Source: a virus. From it: 64,000 nt of DNA. Both the position numbers and the translations under genes were made by a program. The notes beneath the pieces were generated by a model that did not search any database, was not told the origin of the DNA, and saw nothing but the letters and a program-made list of their open reading frames with translations. Below are positions 1-9,603 of this stretch, piece by piece. Location: IMG/VR virus record IMGVR_UViG_3300002920_000062, positions 6,123 to 70,122 of that record; one strand, given 5' to 3'. Position 1 is the stretch's first letter. Every line of letters starts with the position of its first letter.

Positions 1-827
1 CTTAACTTAAAGTTTTTAGCTTCGGGGTCATGACCGAGATAACCCCTAGGATTACATGCAACAAAGGTATCACCTACATAATAACAATGTGGATCATGCA
101 TATGTCCCAGTGTCCAAAGCTTAATCTGAGGACGATCATAAATGAAGTCAAACAGGTTACTTGCATACCCGCCATTCATGTAATATTCTTTTTGGTATTT
201 GGGGTGCACACTTAAAAACGTAGGAGCATGGTGACTTACTACAATATATTTCTTTGTAGCATCACTATCTACAATTTTCTGTATATAGGAAACGGTGTCT
301 TTGTGATGCTTAAACGCATCAATGGGAGAGAAACTACGATAGTTTAGTTTACTGTTACGAATAACTCTAAAATCATTTATCATGTTCTCAAGCAAGTGCA
401 TAGTAATAGGGTCACTCTTATTCATGTCGGTCCAAAGAGTTCCACCAACAAAAACATAACCGTCAATCTCTATACTATCTTGTTCAAGGAAGTGAATGTT
501 AGGAAATGCCTTCATTTCTTCATAAATCCAATCATAGAAGTCAGGATATCGTCCATGATAGCCTTCGTGGTTTCCAGCTACATAAACTACATGCTCGTAT
601 TCGCTGCTAACATGATTAAAGAATTGACGGTACTCGGACGCAGCCCGAGCATGGCGACTTGTTTTTATATCATCTGTCAAGGCATTTTCGCTCGTGGGAT
701 GTTCATGCAAACTATGTGCGACACAGATATCGCCGCTAAGGATTAACACCTTTGCTTTCTCAGTGTTGGATAAGGTGATATTACGAAATTCAAGGTGCAA
801 ATCTGAACAAAGGGCAATTTTAGTCAT
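1..827 (-). CDS. Calcineurin-like metallophosphoesterase (runs off window edge; absent from ORF track)
   Basis: Manual translation from ATG 827: MTKIALCSDLHLEF..LSGDI..AGNHE..GGTLWTD..SHHAP..GHMH..NPRGY, open to the window edge. Confidence 0.9.
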   Translation of the reverse strand, partial: MTKIALCSDLHLEFRNITLSNTEKAKVLILSGDICVAHSLHEHPTSENALTDDIKTSRHARAASEYRQFFNHVSSEYEHVVYVAGNHEGYHGRYPDFYDWIYEEMKAFPNIHFLEQDSIEIDGYVFVGGTLWTDMNKSDPITMHLLENMINDFRVIRNSKLNYRSFSPIDAFKHHKDTVSYIQKIVDSDATKKYIVVSHHAPTFLSVHPKYQKEYYMNGGYASNLFDFIYDRPQIKLWTLGHMHDPHCYYVGDTFVACNPRGYLGHDPEAKNFKL

Positions 828-1158
828 AATAGTAAATTTATTATAATACAGTATTATAAAAATGTCAAATATCAACCAATATTTAGGGTAGTAAAATGCT
901 CCGATATTATTTAGGATTGAGAATTATAAAAGCTGTTGGGTCAGGTTAGATATCCATAGTTACTATTCTGGGACATATACTCATTAGTCTTACTTGAAAC
1001 CAATCTACCCAAATGCAGGTACAATCAATAACTTTTCAGGTAGTCCGTTTCTATCTTTTTCGACAGCTTTATTGTGAATGAACCAGTTATCAGGGAATTT
1101 TTCTGCGTTTTTTCAACTTACCCTCATATGCTTCTGTTTATAATGCTACGGCTGTTCT

Positions 1159-1701
1159 TTAACGGACATAAAATCCGTTAAAGTTGGGAGCGTTGACTGC
1201 TCTACGATGACTGATAGCTTCTGAGTTCAACCACGGAGCGTGCGATTTTAAGTCCGCTTTAATACGTTCACTAATACTTTCTGCGTTATTTACAATAGAT
1301 TTCAATAGGTAATTTGCAGCGCCGTGCGGCGAACCTTCATCTAGTAAACTTGTCACAACACGACTGCTTCGGACTCTATTTTTAAACCATAATGCCGATG
1401 CTACCATAGAATATGATTTATAAGTAGCACGTATGTGAGTGCGAGACTTGTCAGTCTTTTGAAAAGCGCCAGCTGGGGCCCAGGAGCGCATTTTTCCTAC
1501 GTAGATAACTTTACCTTTTTTTCTAGCAAATGTAAGATTATATGTGATACCAAGCTTAAAATTAATATCATAATTTTTGCGTCGGCGCATAAGTATTTTT
1601 CTTATGTGGTAGGGTGCAACATCCTTTTTTAATAAGTATCTTAAGTAGGGGTCATAGCGTTTTCTACGCTTCATAAATCTGCTAGTATCTTTAAATGCCA
1701 T
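1159..1701 (-). CDS. Hypothetical basic protein
   Basis: 180-aa ORF with AAGGAG RBS, K/R-rich N-terminus. Confidence 0.7.
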   Translation of the reverse strand: MAFKDTSRFMKRRKRYDPYLRYLLKKDVAPYHIRKILMRRRKNYDINFKLGITYNLTFARKKGKVIYVGKMRSWAPAGAFQKTDKSRTHIRATYKSYSMVASALWFKNRVRSSRVVTSLLDEGSPHGAANYLLKSIVNNAESISERIKADLKSHAPWLNSEAISHRRAVNAPNFNGFYVR

Positions 1702-1737
1702 TCTTGTTCTCCTTGGATATATATTTCTGTATAATTT

Positions 1738-2130
1738 CTAGTTGATTCTCTTGACACAAAGTCCTTATCTATCTCTATACAGCAACAGTGTCTGGATTTT
1801 CGCAATCTTCACCACTTTGATGGATAAAGCTTTAATTACTGAAATAGCAACTTGAATATATTCACCCAAGCCGAGGCAATTAAACCTCATCAGGCCTTTT
1901 CTTTTTCTCAAACATAGAATAATTGGCATTCCAGTCAAAATTGGGATCGGTTTACTTTACTATTCCGTTTAATAGCAAATTGGTGAGAATTTACTATCAA
2001 TATAGCTTTGTATCCTCCCGCACAAAGTATCAATTAACTAAAACCAACCATTGCCCACAGATATTTCACACTTCCCATTAAACAAATTAGGATAGGTGTC
2101 TTCTAGGTATTGGATAAATTCCGGGCTCAT
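1738..2130 (-). pseudogene. Decayed conserved phage hypothetical gene
   Basis: MSPEFIQYLEDTYPNLF..VGNGWF*LIDTLCGRIQSYID followed by frameshifts. Confidence 0.55.
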
Positions 2131-2208
2131 AATTTCGATACTTTATCATATGAAAGATTATATCCATTTTTATAGACCAAACTTATCAAATCAATCAAGC
2201 TTGTCAAT

Positions 2209-2700
2209 TCAAGCTGTTTCCTCTTCCCAGTCCCCGTATGTCATGCAATATTGTAAAAAGTCTTCCCAAGTACCTTCATATTCAATTGAATTTGAAGGTG
2301 CGACAGGTTTGTAATCATCATCAAAGTTGCGAACTACTTTGATCTTTCCGGGCCAAATGTGATATTCATATTCTTGCAACAAATCATGGTCTAGACGGGG
2401 TGCCACGATACAAGTATTTCCGGCAACTTCATTACCGTTTTTCATGTGGGCCACAAGCTGTGCTGCAAGACAGCCCATACCTTCAAACACGATAGTATTA
2501 TCGTCACTGATACCGTTAACAAGAATCTTAGAGTTGAGAAACTTAGCAATAGTAAGCCCAAGACACACGATGTCTCCATCAAGCCTATTGAAAATACAGA
2601 CAAAAGGAGTAGTTTCATTCTCTTCATAGATGTAAGTTAGCGAATAAATACAAAGAGAATAAGTGGTCTTATCATCTTCATTAATGCAAGTTAGGCTCAT
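2209..2700 (-). CDS. Hypothetical protein
   Basis: 163-aa ORF with AAGGAG RBS. Confidence 0.7.
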   Translation of the reverse strand: MSLTCINEDDKTTYSLCIYSLTYIYEENETTPFVCIFNRLDGDIVCLGLTIAKFLNSKILVNGISDDNTIVFEGMGCLAAQLVAHMKNGNEVAGNTCIVAPRLDHDLLQEYEYHIWPGKIKVVRNFDDDYKPVAPSNSIEYEGTWEDFLQYCMTYGDWEEETA

Positions 2701-2799
2701 TTACTTTCTCCTTGGACTTAGTGTTTGACTTCAAACTGCTCGTAAAGATGACTACTTGTCCTTATTGTCACAAGTCGGGGTAAAAATACTGCAACTTAA

Positions 2800-3207
2800 C
2801 TAGCCCCTACGCATCTTAGCAATATCTTCTGCCTGTTCTTTTGACCAAACAGGCTGTAAATTAGATTTGTGCATGACAGCAATACCAAGTAACTTACGCT
2901 CACCATCATACTTTTTGGCGGGCTTTGCAGGCATATGACCAACCAACAAACCCTCAGATGGATAAAGCTCACGATGGTTACTAGTGTATGTAGGAATCTT
3001 ATTGAGACCTTTTCGTGGTGTGACCTTAGCCTTGCCCTGAATATAGGCAATATATTGTTCAATTGTTTTCTCAGGTAGCCTGCACTTTTTCATGAGCTTG
3101 TTATGCTCACGAAAGTCTTTGACTATCTTATCATTGATAGTCACAGGCTTGTTCTTACGCTTGTGCGTAGAGATAGTGGACAGACGTTTATCTATATGCA
3201 TAGTCAT
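2800..3207 (-). CDS. Conserved T4-like phage hypothetical protein
   Basis: C-terminal GIAVMHKSNLQPV..AEDIAKMRR motif typical of T4-like phages. Confidence 0.75.
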   Translation of the reverse strand: MTMHIDKRLSTISTHKRKNKPVTINDKIVKDFREHNKLMKKCRLPEKTIEQYIAYIQGKAKVTPRKGLNKIPTYTSNHRELYPSEGLLVGHMPAKPAKKYDGERKLLGIAVMHKSNLQPVWSKEQAEDIAKMRRG

Positions 3208-3238
3208 AGCAAGTTTATATCAGACTTTCTGTTTAATG

Positions 3239-3454
3239 TCAATCTAAAGGAATACCGGGATCTACTGAACGTCCCATATAATGATCGTCGGTTACACAGA
3301 AAAATTGAATAGCAAGTTGTTCATTGATATATTTCTTTGCCTCTTCGCCGGCAAGCTTGACACAATCTTCTTTGCTAATAGTAGGAAACTCTTGCTTTTC
3401 TAAAAAATTAGAGGTATATGGATCTAAGATCATTACCAATAGCCAATATTTCAT
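3239..3454 (-). CDS. Small hypothetical protein
   Basis: 71-aa ORF with RBS, hydrophobic N-terminus. Confidence 0.55.
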   Translation of the reverse strand: MKYWLLVMILDPYTSNFLEKQEFPTISKEDCVKLAGEEAKKYINEQLAIQFFCVTDDHYMGRSVDPGIPLD

Positions 3455-3580
3455 TACTTTACTTCCTTTACCGAGTCAGTGTTATCTATCCTTTTGTTTT
3501 CGGTTTGTTATACAAGGATACGTTATGCTTGTTGACACAATATACTCAAAAATACATAATGTCAACAAGCTAATTAAGTT

Positions 3581-4108
3581 TTAACCGTAAAAAATATGAT
3601 TTCCTATTATAGCTAATCTACGCTTTTTCCAGCCTGGATTAGTTCTAGTTGAATGGAAGAACAACGCACCATCCATGTTGTCTAGTGCCCTTCCCTTACT
3701 AAGGATTTTATCGGCTAATTGTTGGCTTTCAGCCCATGCCTTACCTGAAGGTATAGACCAACGCCATGTACGGTTTTTAGTCCAAGAGAATTGATTTCTC
3801 TCGTAAACAACACCGCAAATTGTGTTTTTGAATTTTGGGCTCTTTACCCTGTTGAGCGTTACCTGTGCAACTGCTCGTTTTCCATGTTCATTCTCGCCTC
3901 TAGCCTCATGATAAATGTTCTTAGCTAGGCAGAATTTATCTTTTTCAGTGTAGTTATGTTGAAGCTTACTCGCCTCTTTAAGTTCTTTGACTTGTTTGGG
4001 AATCATGACAATATCATTGCCCTGTATATTTTCAGTCTCAGTGGCTTCGGCACAAGAAGCCAATATCATTGTAAGTGCCGCAAGCAATATCTTTACATTA
4101 AATAGCAT
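3581..4108 (-). CDS. SleB/Hydrolase_2-family cell wall hydrolase
   Basis: CLAKNIYHEARGE, AVAQVTLNRV, QFSW and IGNHIFY motifs; signal/lipoprotein-like N-terminus. Confidence 0.92.
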   Translation of the reverse strand: MLFNVKILLAALTMILASCAEATETENIQGNDIVMIPKQVKELKEASKLQHNYTEKDKFCLAKNIYHEARGENEHGKRAVAQVTLNRVKSPKFKNTICGVVYERNQFSWTKNRTWRWSIPSGKAWAESQQLADKILSKGRALDNMDGALFFHSTRTNPGWKKRRLAIIGNHIFYG

Positions 4109-4265
4109 TTTTCAACCTTTATATGGCCCATAACAGAATTAGCAAGACCTTGAATGTTACTAAAGAACACCATGCTAGTCACGTTATCAGCGCATCAGAT
4201 AAGCTTGAAAACAAAAACGCCCCAGGGTTTTGGGGCATTGTTTTTGAATCTAACCTATGCTGCTT

Positions 4266-4418
4266 TTAGTCGAAGAATAAAGTCTTGTATTTTTCCTTTC
4301 TGCTATAAAGCTTCTTGGACTTTACAACTTTAGGGCGCAAAAGAGAGCCAGACTCATAGAAAATCTTGGCTCGCATTTTTGGACGCCCGACCTGGATATG
4401 AATAACTTCTTTCTTCAT
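4266..4418 (-). CDS. ArfA-like small basic protein (50 aa, below ORF-track cutoff)
   Basis: MKKEVIHIQVGRPKMRAKIFYESGSLLRPKVVKSKKLYSRKEKYKTLFFD resembles the ArfA core [33 protein letters not shown] promoter-like sequence upstream. Confidence 0.55.
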   Translation of the reverse strand: MKKEVIHIQVGRPKMRAKIFYESGSLLRPKVVKSKKLYSRKEKYKTLFFD

Positions 4419-4544
4419 AGTCGTAATATACTAGTGTCTGTGCTAAAAGTCAACACTAAGTATAATGTATTTATGGCCAAAACAAGCTAAAAACACTATC
4501 TATTGTGTCATTAGTCTAAAATTTAGAACGGCCTATCCAAACTA

Positions 4545-4865
4545 TCAGTCGTTGTCTCTCTCAAACTTGACTTCGGTGATAGAGCGAATTGAAAAGCTAC
4601 GCCAAGCATTCTTTTCCAAGTCATAGACAGGAAGACTGGTTTCTGACTTCTTGCGTTCAGGCTTTGTTTCTGTTAACTCTTGCTTGGGAAGCATATCGTC
4701 ACGCAAGGTGCATTTCATTTCACGCAAAGAACCGTCCTTCTTAGTAAAGGTTACAGTAGCAACCGTGACGGATAGAACTCCTTTGAGCCAAGACTTAAAA
4801 ACGTCCCAGTCATTGTCGTTATAGTTGTCACTGGGCCGGGTAATAACTAGCATTTTAATCTCCAC
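4545..4865 (-). CDS. WYL_2/SH3-fold protein
   Basis: VTFTKKDGSLREMKCTL..VYDLEKNAWRSF signature. Confidence 0.8.
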   Translation of the reverse strand: MEIKMLVITRPSDNYNDNDWDVFKSWLKGVLSVTVATVTFTKKDGSLREMKCTLRDDMLPKQELTETKPERKKSETSLPVYDLEKNAWRSFSIRSITEVKFERDND

Positions 4866-4982
4866 GTCTAGAATTGGTTAGAATTTGAAATATAGATGTT
4901 GCTATATAATAGATACCTACTATAATCAAGCAAATTGACCAAATAAGCAACGATAGTGTAAAATGTGCTATTTCCCGAAATG

Positions 4983-5318
4983 TCACACTGGATCCCCTGC
5001 AGGTTTCCTAGGCTTAGTGATGCCCAAGATCTTGCGTTCGTTAGGAGTTAAACGCTCAAATGCATTGAGCCTGATATTATAGTTACGCCAGGCTGCCTTA
5101 CGTTTAGCCAGGTTCTTCTTGGACTGTTGTACTAGCTTTTCCCAGTAGGTTCTTACCTCATCGTCCTTAAGGAACAATAACATGCCTTGGTTGGCAGAAA
5201 CAAGCTCAACAATAACCTTACGTAGAATACGCTCGTTCTTGTTGATTTTACCTGGAACATTGGCATCCCGAAGAATTTCATCAACTAGTTCCTGGTCTAG
5301 CATTGATTCCTTAGCCAT
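4983..5318 (-). CDS. Hypothetical protein
   Basis: 111-aa ORF; LTPNERKILG motif shared with the neighbour's LSEEEKIAFG. Confidence 0.65.
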   Translation of the reverse strand: MAKESMLDQELVDEILRDANVPGKINKNERILRKVIVELVSANQGMLLFLKDDEVRTYWEKLVQQSKKNLAKRKAAWRNYNIRLNAFERLTPNERKILGITKPRKPAGDPV

Positions 5319-5323
5319 AATTA

Positions 5324-5647
5324 TCAGTCTGCCTTTTTAATTTTCTTACCGTTTCTATTAGTAGCTAAGCCGAAGGCAATTTTTTCTTCTTCACTGAGCT
5401 TGGACAGAATTTTTTCTTTTTGTTTTTCTAGCTCAATCTTAGCTTCCCTTTCTTTTTTATCTTTTTCTGTTTTTTCATCAAGGCTAGTGACCCATGCTTT
5501 TAGCAACTTGTTCTTCTCTAGAAGCTTTGAAAACTTTGGATCATCTCGGAAGGTTTTAACTAATAAGTCAGCTACCTTCCGTGCATCATCATAACGGGCG
5601 TAGTGATAATATGAACGTTTACCTGAGTCATGATAATTTGCGTGCAT
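5324..5647 (-). CDS. Hypothetical protein
   Basis: 107-aa ORF, C-terminus similar to 4983..5318. Confidence 0.65.
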   Translation of the reverse strand: MHANYHDSGKRSYYHYARYDDARKVADLLVKTFRDDPKFSKLLEKNKLLKAWVTSLDEKTEKDKKEREAKIELEKQKEKILSKLSEEEKIAFGLATNRNGKKIKKAD

Positions 5648-5713
5648 TTTTTAATCCTATAGTTGCTTTAAGAACGACATTACAGTCGTTAATATCTAAA
5701 AGCAACCTAAATA

Positions 5714-6151
5714 TTATAGAATTTTACCCAAAAGCTCTTTCTGTTTATAGAAAGCTTCAAGCTCCCAAGGAAGATTGCGATACTCCTTGAAAGTCATCCT
5801 AGACTGATCAACTCTATATATCTTGCCCTCCCAAAGAATATTACCGGCCCTAGACACAGCTAACCTTTTTTCATATATCTGGTTAATATGAACCAATTCA
5901 TGTATTAATGGCTCAATTAGCTCCTGTAGCGAAAGCTTATTGCTAAGATGTATGATGTGTTTGGCTAAATGAGTCAAAGGAGTTTCAGCATATACATTAT
6001 TACCAAGATTTAAAAATTTGATAGTTATTTCTTTTGGAAGTGTAATATGTAAAAAAATAGCCCGACATAGACTTGTAACCAATTTGGCTTTGTCTATGTC
6101 GGGCTTGGTTTCAAATTCAATATTGACTTTCATCAATGTATTTATAATCAA
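5714..6151 (-). CDS. Zinc metallopeptidase-like protein (HExxH)
   Basis: LIHELVHINQ..YRNLPWELEAF. Confidence 0.75.
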   Translation of the reverse strand: MIINTLMKVNIEFETKPDIDKAKLVTSLCRAIFLHITLPKEITIKFLNLGNNVYAETPLTHLAKHIIHLSNKLSLQELIEPLIHELVHINQIYEKRLAVSRAGNILWEGKIYRVDQSRMTFKEYRNLPWELEAFYKQKELLGKIL

Positions 6152-6187
6152 GTGGTACAGATCTGCGTACTGTTACTGTCTTCTATT

Positions 6188-6520
6188 TCAATGTGTAACT
6201 AGATTTGTCATGCTTGTTGGGGGCACAGTCAATTTGATCCACTGACATACGAAAATAGCGAGGATCAATTTTATCCTAGTAGATAATTTCTCCGATTTAT
6301 AGATTATTGTTGGCCAGCAAGTATAATCAAAAATTAAGTGATTACCCTTGATCAGGACTTTATCTTTATTCTGGTGACCCAGAATAAAGCGAGACTTACA
6401 GTTGATAACAATATCATCCAGCATGTAAACCTTATTGTGTTCTCTAACCTTGGCGTTCCAGCGCTGGGCCATTTCTTCATCCATCTCGGTCACATCATCC
6501 CAGGGGCGAGTCTTGGTCAT
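6188..6520 (-). pseudogene. Truncated/degenerate metallophosphoesterase
   Basis: RPWDDVTEMDEEM..WN..VYMLDD..KVLIKGNH; N-terminal DxH motif and C-terminus lost. Confidence 0.55.
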
Positions 6521-6662
6521 ATCATAATTATGGTATTTTTAGATATTTTGGTGACTATAATATGAGTAGTCAGAGATGTAAAAGTCTTTTTATGTTTTAG
6601 GATACTAATTTAAATTGACATGATATTATACGATTAGTTATGACAAATGATAAATATATGTT

Positions 6663-7418
6663 ATGAGAATACACGAAATTTTAACTGAAAAAGAAGTCAT
6701 TCCTTACCAGTCTGAGCCAATTCACACTGACAAAATTAGTCAACTTGTTGAGTTGGCTAAACAAAATTGCTCGGAATTTTTAGAGAACAACCTCGTTAGT
6801 CCTCTTTGGAGAGGCACCGGCAGAGAACACCCGTACATAAGAATTGTAGATCCTAGTATGGGAGTTAGAAAATCACAAAATACTACTAACCATTATACTG
6901 AATTGATGGATAACTCTCCCTATTATGAAGGATGGCCAAAAAGAGGCAAGTCACTTATCTGTAGCACTTCAAAATACCGGGCTATCGAATACGGAAGATT
7001 GTATGCAGTGTTACCTTTTAACAAAACTAAGATAGCAGTAGCTAGCAAGTCTGATATTTGGTTTACCGACATATATTTCCCAAAACTTGATTGGATTACC
7101 AACTTCTATAAGTTCAATAATTTTATGGGTAATAGAGGTTTGGGATTCCCTGAAAATTACGAAGATATGGTATGGTATAGCAAGAGTGATACTTTCGCCG
7201 ATATCTTTCGTAGAGAATTTTATGATGCATACGACTTTGACCCGTCTAATTTCATAGACTATATACAGAAGTATATGGCACCATACCGAGTTGGGTTCAG
7301 TCTTGAAGATACTTCGTCTTTTAGCACTAACGAATATCCTAAGAAAGAATGTTGGTTTAGTGGCAAATGTATCATAATAGAACAAGACACTTATCAATCA
7401 ATGTTAGAAGCATTTTAG
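6663..7418 (+). CDS. Putative internal head protein with ADP-ribosyltransferase-like fold
   Basis: TAAATA at 6651; MRIHEILTE N-terminus; LWRG..SLICSTS..AIEYG..ECWF; motif-level similarity to the N-terminal domain of 16071..19790. Confidence 0.6.
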   Translation: MRIHEILTEKEVIPYQSEPIHTDKISQLVELAKQNCSEFLENNLVSPLWRGTGREHPYIRIVDPSMGVRKSQNTTNHYTELMDNSPYYEGWPKRGKSLICSTSKYRAIEYGRLYAVLPFNKTKIAVASKSDIWFTDIYFPKLDWITNFYKFNNFMGNRGLGFPENYEDMVWYSKSDTFADIFRREFYDAYDFDPSNFIDYIQKYMAPYRVGFSLEDTSSFSTNEYPKKECWFSGKCIIIEQDTYQSMLEAF

Positions 7419-7654
7419 CCAAATAAGAGATTAAATGGGCTACCTATTTTTAGCCTAAAGCGGGTAATGAAAATCTAACTTGCGCATCTACAATGGCAAG
7501 ATAGCAGGCTAACACTACATAATACCGCATTTATAAACTATACAGCTTCTGCTATCGGCTCTGTCAGCAGATGCATATTGTATATCTTGTATAGCTTCTG
7601 TGTTCTTTAACTTAACATATTCGCCCATTTTTAAGTATACAAGATTGTTTAATC

Positions 7655-7728
7655 TGGAGCTTCGTATGGGAATCGAACCCATGACCTCAGGATGGAAGCC
7701 TGATACGTTACCTCTACGCCAACGAAGC
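7655..7728 (-). tRNA. tRNA-Gly(TCC)
   Basis: Cloverleaf; TCAGG-CTTCCAT-CCTGA anticodon arm; encoded CCA. Confidence 0.9.
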
Positions 7729-7738
7729 ATCTATATCT

Positions 7739-7809
7739 TGCGGAGGTTCGAATCGAACGAACGTAAGGGTAGCTTATGAGACTCCCGGAGATCCAACACT
7801 CGCTCCGCT
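7739..7809 (-). tRNA. Atypical tRNA with CAT anticodon (Met/fMet-like)
   Basis: GCGGAG/CTCCGC acceptor with 1:72 mismatch, CTCATAA loop, bulged anticodon stem, GTTCG-TTCGATT-CGAAC T arm; no CCA. Confidence 0.55.
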
Positions 7810-7835
7810 ACAATATTTATGCCCACTAGAAAATA

Positions 7836-7920
7836 ACAGCATATTTTCAAAAATATGTATTTTTCTCTGTTATGATCTGAATACAGCATATTTTCAAAAA
7901 TATGTATTTTTCTCTGTTAT
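7836..7920. repeat. 38-bp perfect direct repeat, 2 copies (7836-7873, 7883-7920)
   Basis: acagcatattttcaaaaatatgtatttttctctgttat occurs twice, 9 nt apart. Confidence 0.9.
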
Positions 7921-8205
7921 TCTCTTAGTGTAGATGCCGAATCACTATTCGCTAAAGGGGTCCTTTACGGGTTTTATCTAACAATAGATTCACCGACCCA
8001 AAACAATATTTTCTCTACACTTTATAGTGGGCAAATAGTAGAGTAGTAAATTACTTATGTTTTTTCACATTTACTACGTCAAACTATATAGTCTGTATTT
8101 ATTACAAAGCATGAAATTATTGCTTATTATCTCAAAACTATTCTTATTTTTGATGCTCTTAATATAGTCATTCTTGTTACTAATATCAAGAAGTTTTTGC
8201 ATTTT

Positions 8206-8419
8206 GGAGAAGAAAGAGCAAGTCATAGACAATTCAAACTACAAGGGCATTGCCACTATGCAAAAAACAAGCAACAAACTGCATTGCTGCCTATCTCCCA
8301 ACTTACAACTCACAAATCTGAATAAAAGTTGGAACACGCAAGCTAAACCATTGAAGGCTGTTGCTCAGAGTAGTTATTAAAACTACAAGGATGTCTACTC
8401 TAACCTCTCTTTCTTCCCC
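8206..8419 (-). ncRNA. Unannotated ~215-nt structured RNA downstream of coiled-coil gene
   Basis: Ends form a ~24-bp closing helix with G-U pairs only in minus sense; internal hairpins and UUG-rich segments. Confidence 0.65.
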
Positions 8420-8445
8420 TAAGCGGGGGACTAAGCCCCCTAAAC

Positions 8446-9006
8446 TTACAGAATTCCCTGTTCGTTAAGAACCTTAGCAGCATCATCACTTAAAGTGATG
8501 GTTGCTTGAACGTTCAATTCAAGAAGCTTGTCTTGAAGCTTCTGCTTTTCACGCTTCAAAGTCTTCACTGTCTTACGATAGTTGTCAATCTCTTCCTCAG
8601 TAAATACTGTAGTAGAAACTGTCTTAGGTGAATAAAAAGAAGACTCAGAGTTCCCGGCAATCTTCTTTACCTTGGCTTGAATTACATCAATATTGAAGCC
8701 TGCATTCAGTTGAGCAAGGGTTGAGTTAAACTCAATTTCACGCTCTAGGCGGGCTAAGTCTGCAAGAAGATCGTCAATCTGCATTACAGCATTAGTTCGG
8801 GACACACTCTTACGAATCTCATAAAGAGCATCTAATAAACGCTTGCGAAGCGCAACACGCTCTGCAAACTGTGCCCTAGCGGAACTAAGAGTTTCCTCAA
8901 TTGGCATAAATTCGTCTAGCTCTAATGAGCCTACGGGAGTAGTTTCCTTAATAAGCTCGTTAATTGAAGCTTGAATGGCGTTTGCCTTTCGGAGTGTAAT
9001 CTGCAT
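8446..9006 (-). CDS. Coiled-coil protein (DIP1984-like helical hairpin, tentative)
   Basis: Probable start MQITLRKANAIQ at 9006; C-terminal KQKLQDKLLELNVQATITL. Confidence 0.7.
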   Translation of the reverse strand: MQITLRKANAIQASINELIKETTPVGSLELDEFMPIEETLSSARAQFAERVALRKRLLDALYEIRKSVSRTNAVMQIDDLLADLARLEREIEFNSTLAQLNAGFNIDVIQAKVKKIAGNSESSFYSPKTVSTTVFTEEEIDNYRKTVKTLKREKQKLQDKLLELNVQATITLSDDAAKVLNEQGIL

Positions 9007-9073
9007 TTTTTCTTTCTCTATTGAGACTTGATTATAACTAAAAGACACTGAGAATTCAACTATTAAGGGTGAC

Positions 9074-9514
9074 TTATATACCCATGTCGACAAGAATTTG
9101 ATTTACGTCTTGTGGATTGAAACTTCCCTTATAGTTTTGGTTCATATTCTTCATGACAAAGCCACGAAGAGCCTTGCCCTCAGGGCCCTCGTTAACCAAA
9201 TTAGTAACAATAGTATTTAATTCATCTTTAGACAACTGTTGAGGGAGATACTCAGATAATACACTAATTTCAAAATTAAACTTAGCTACGTCACGGTTAG
9301 CCTTGATGGCAAAATCTTTGGTATCGTTCGCGTCCTTAATCATTTTTTTCACTGCTTGGATAACATCATGATCAGTGACTTCACGGTTCTTGTCGTTTTT
9401 GGCAATCAGCTTTGCCCTTGAAATCAAATGCGAAAGAACGTTTTTACGCTCTTTATTGCCTGCTTTCAAGGAAGCAAGCATGTCAGTTTGGACTTTAGCA
9501 AGCATTTCGCTCAT
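9074..9514 (-). CDS. GatB/YqeY domain protein
   Basis: Start MSEMLAKVQ after AAGGA; EISVLSEYLPQQLS motif; the ORF-track extension overlaps a tRNA. Confidence 0.88.
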   Translation of the reverse strand: MSEMLAKVQTDMLASLKAGNKERKNVLSHLISRAKLIAKNDKNREVTDHDVIQAVKKMIKDANDTKDFAIKANRDVAKFNFEISVLSEYLPQQLSKDELNTIVTNLVNEGPEGKALRGFVMKNMNQNYKGSFNPQDVNQILVDMGI

Positions 9515-9532
9515 TTTACTTTTCCTTAGAAT

Positions 9533-9603
9533 TGGTGGCTCTGGGTAGAATTGAACTAACCTTAGCACCCTTATGAGAGGCACCTCACACCCTGGTCAGA
9601 GCC
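9533..9603 (-). tRNA. tRNA(CAT) with reduced D arm
   Basis: GGCTCTG/CAGAGCC acceptor, CTCATAA loop, TTCAATT T loop, ACCA end; 71 nt. Confidence 0.6.

Noticed and set aside
7515-7730. ORF-track ORFs at 7515, 25745 and 31674 and the 5' extension of 9074..9583
   Set aside because: They read through tRNA genes
7836-7920. CRISPR mini-array
   Set aside because: Only two repeats, 9-nt spacer, no cas genes in the window
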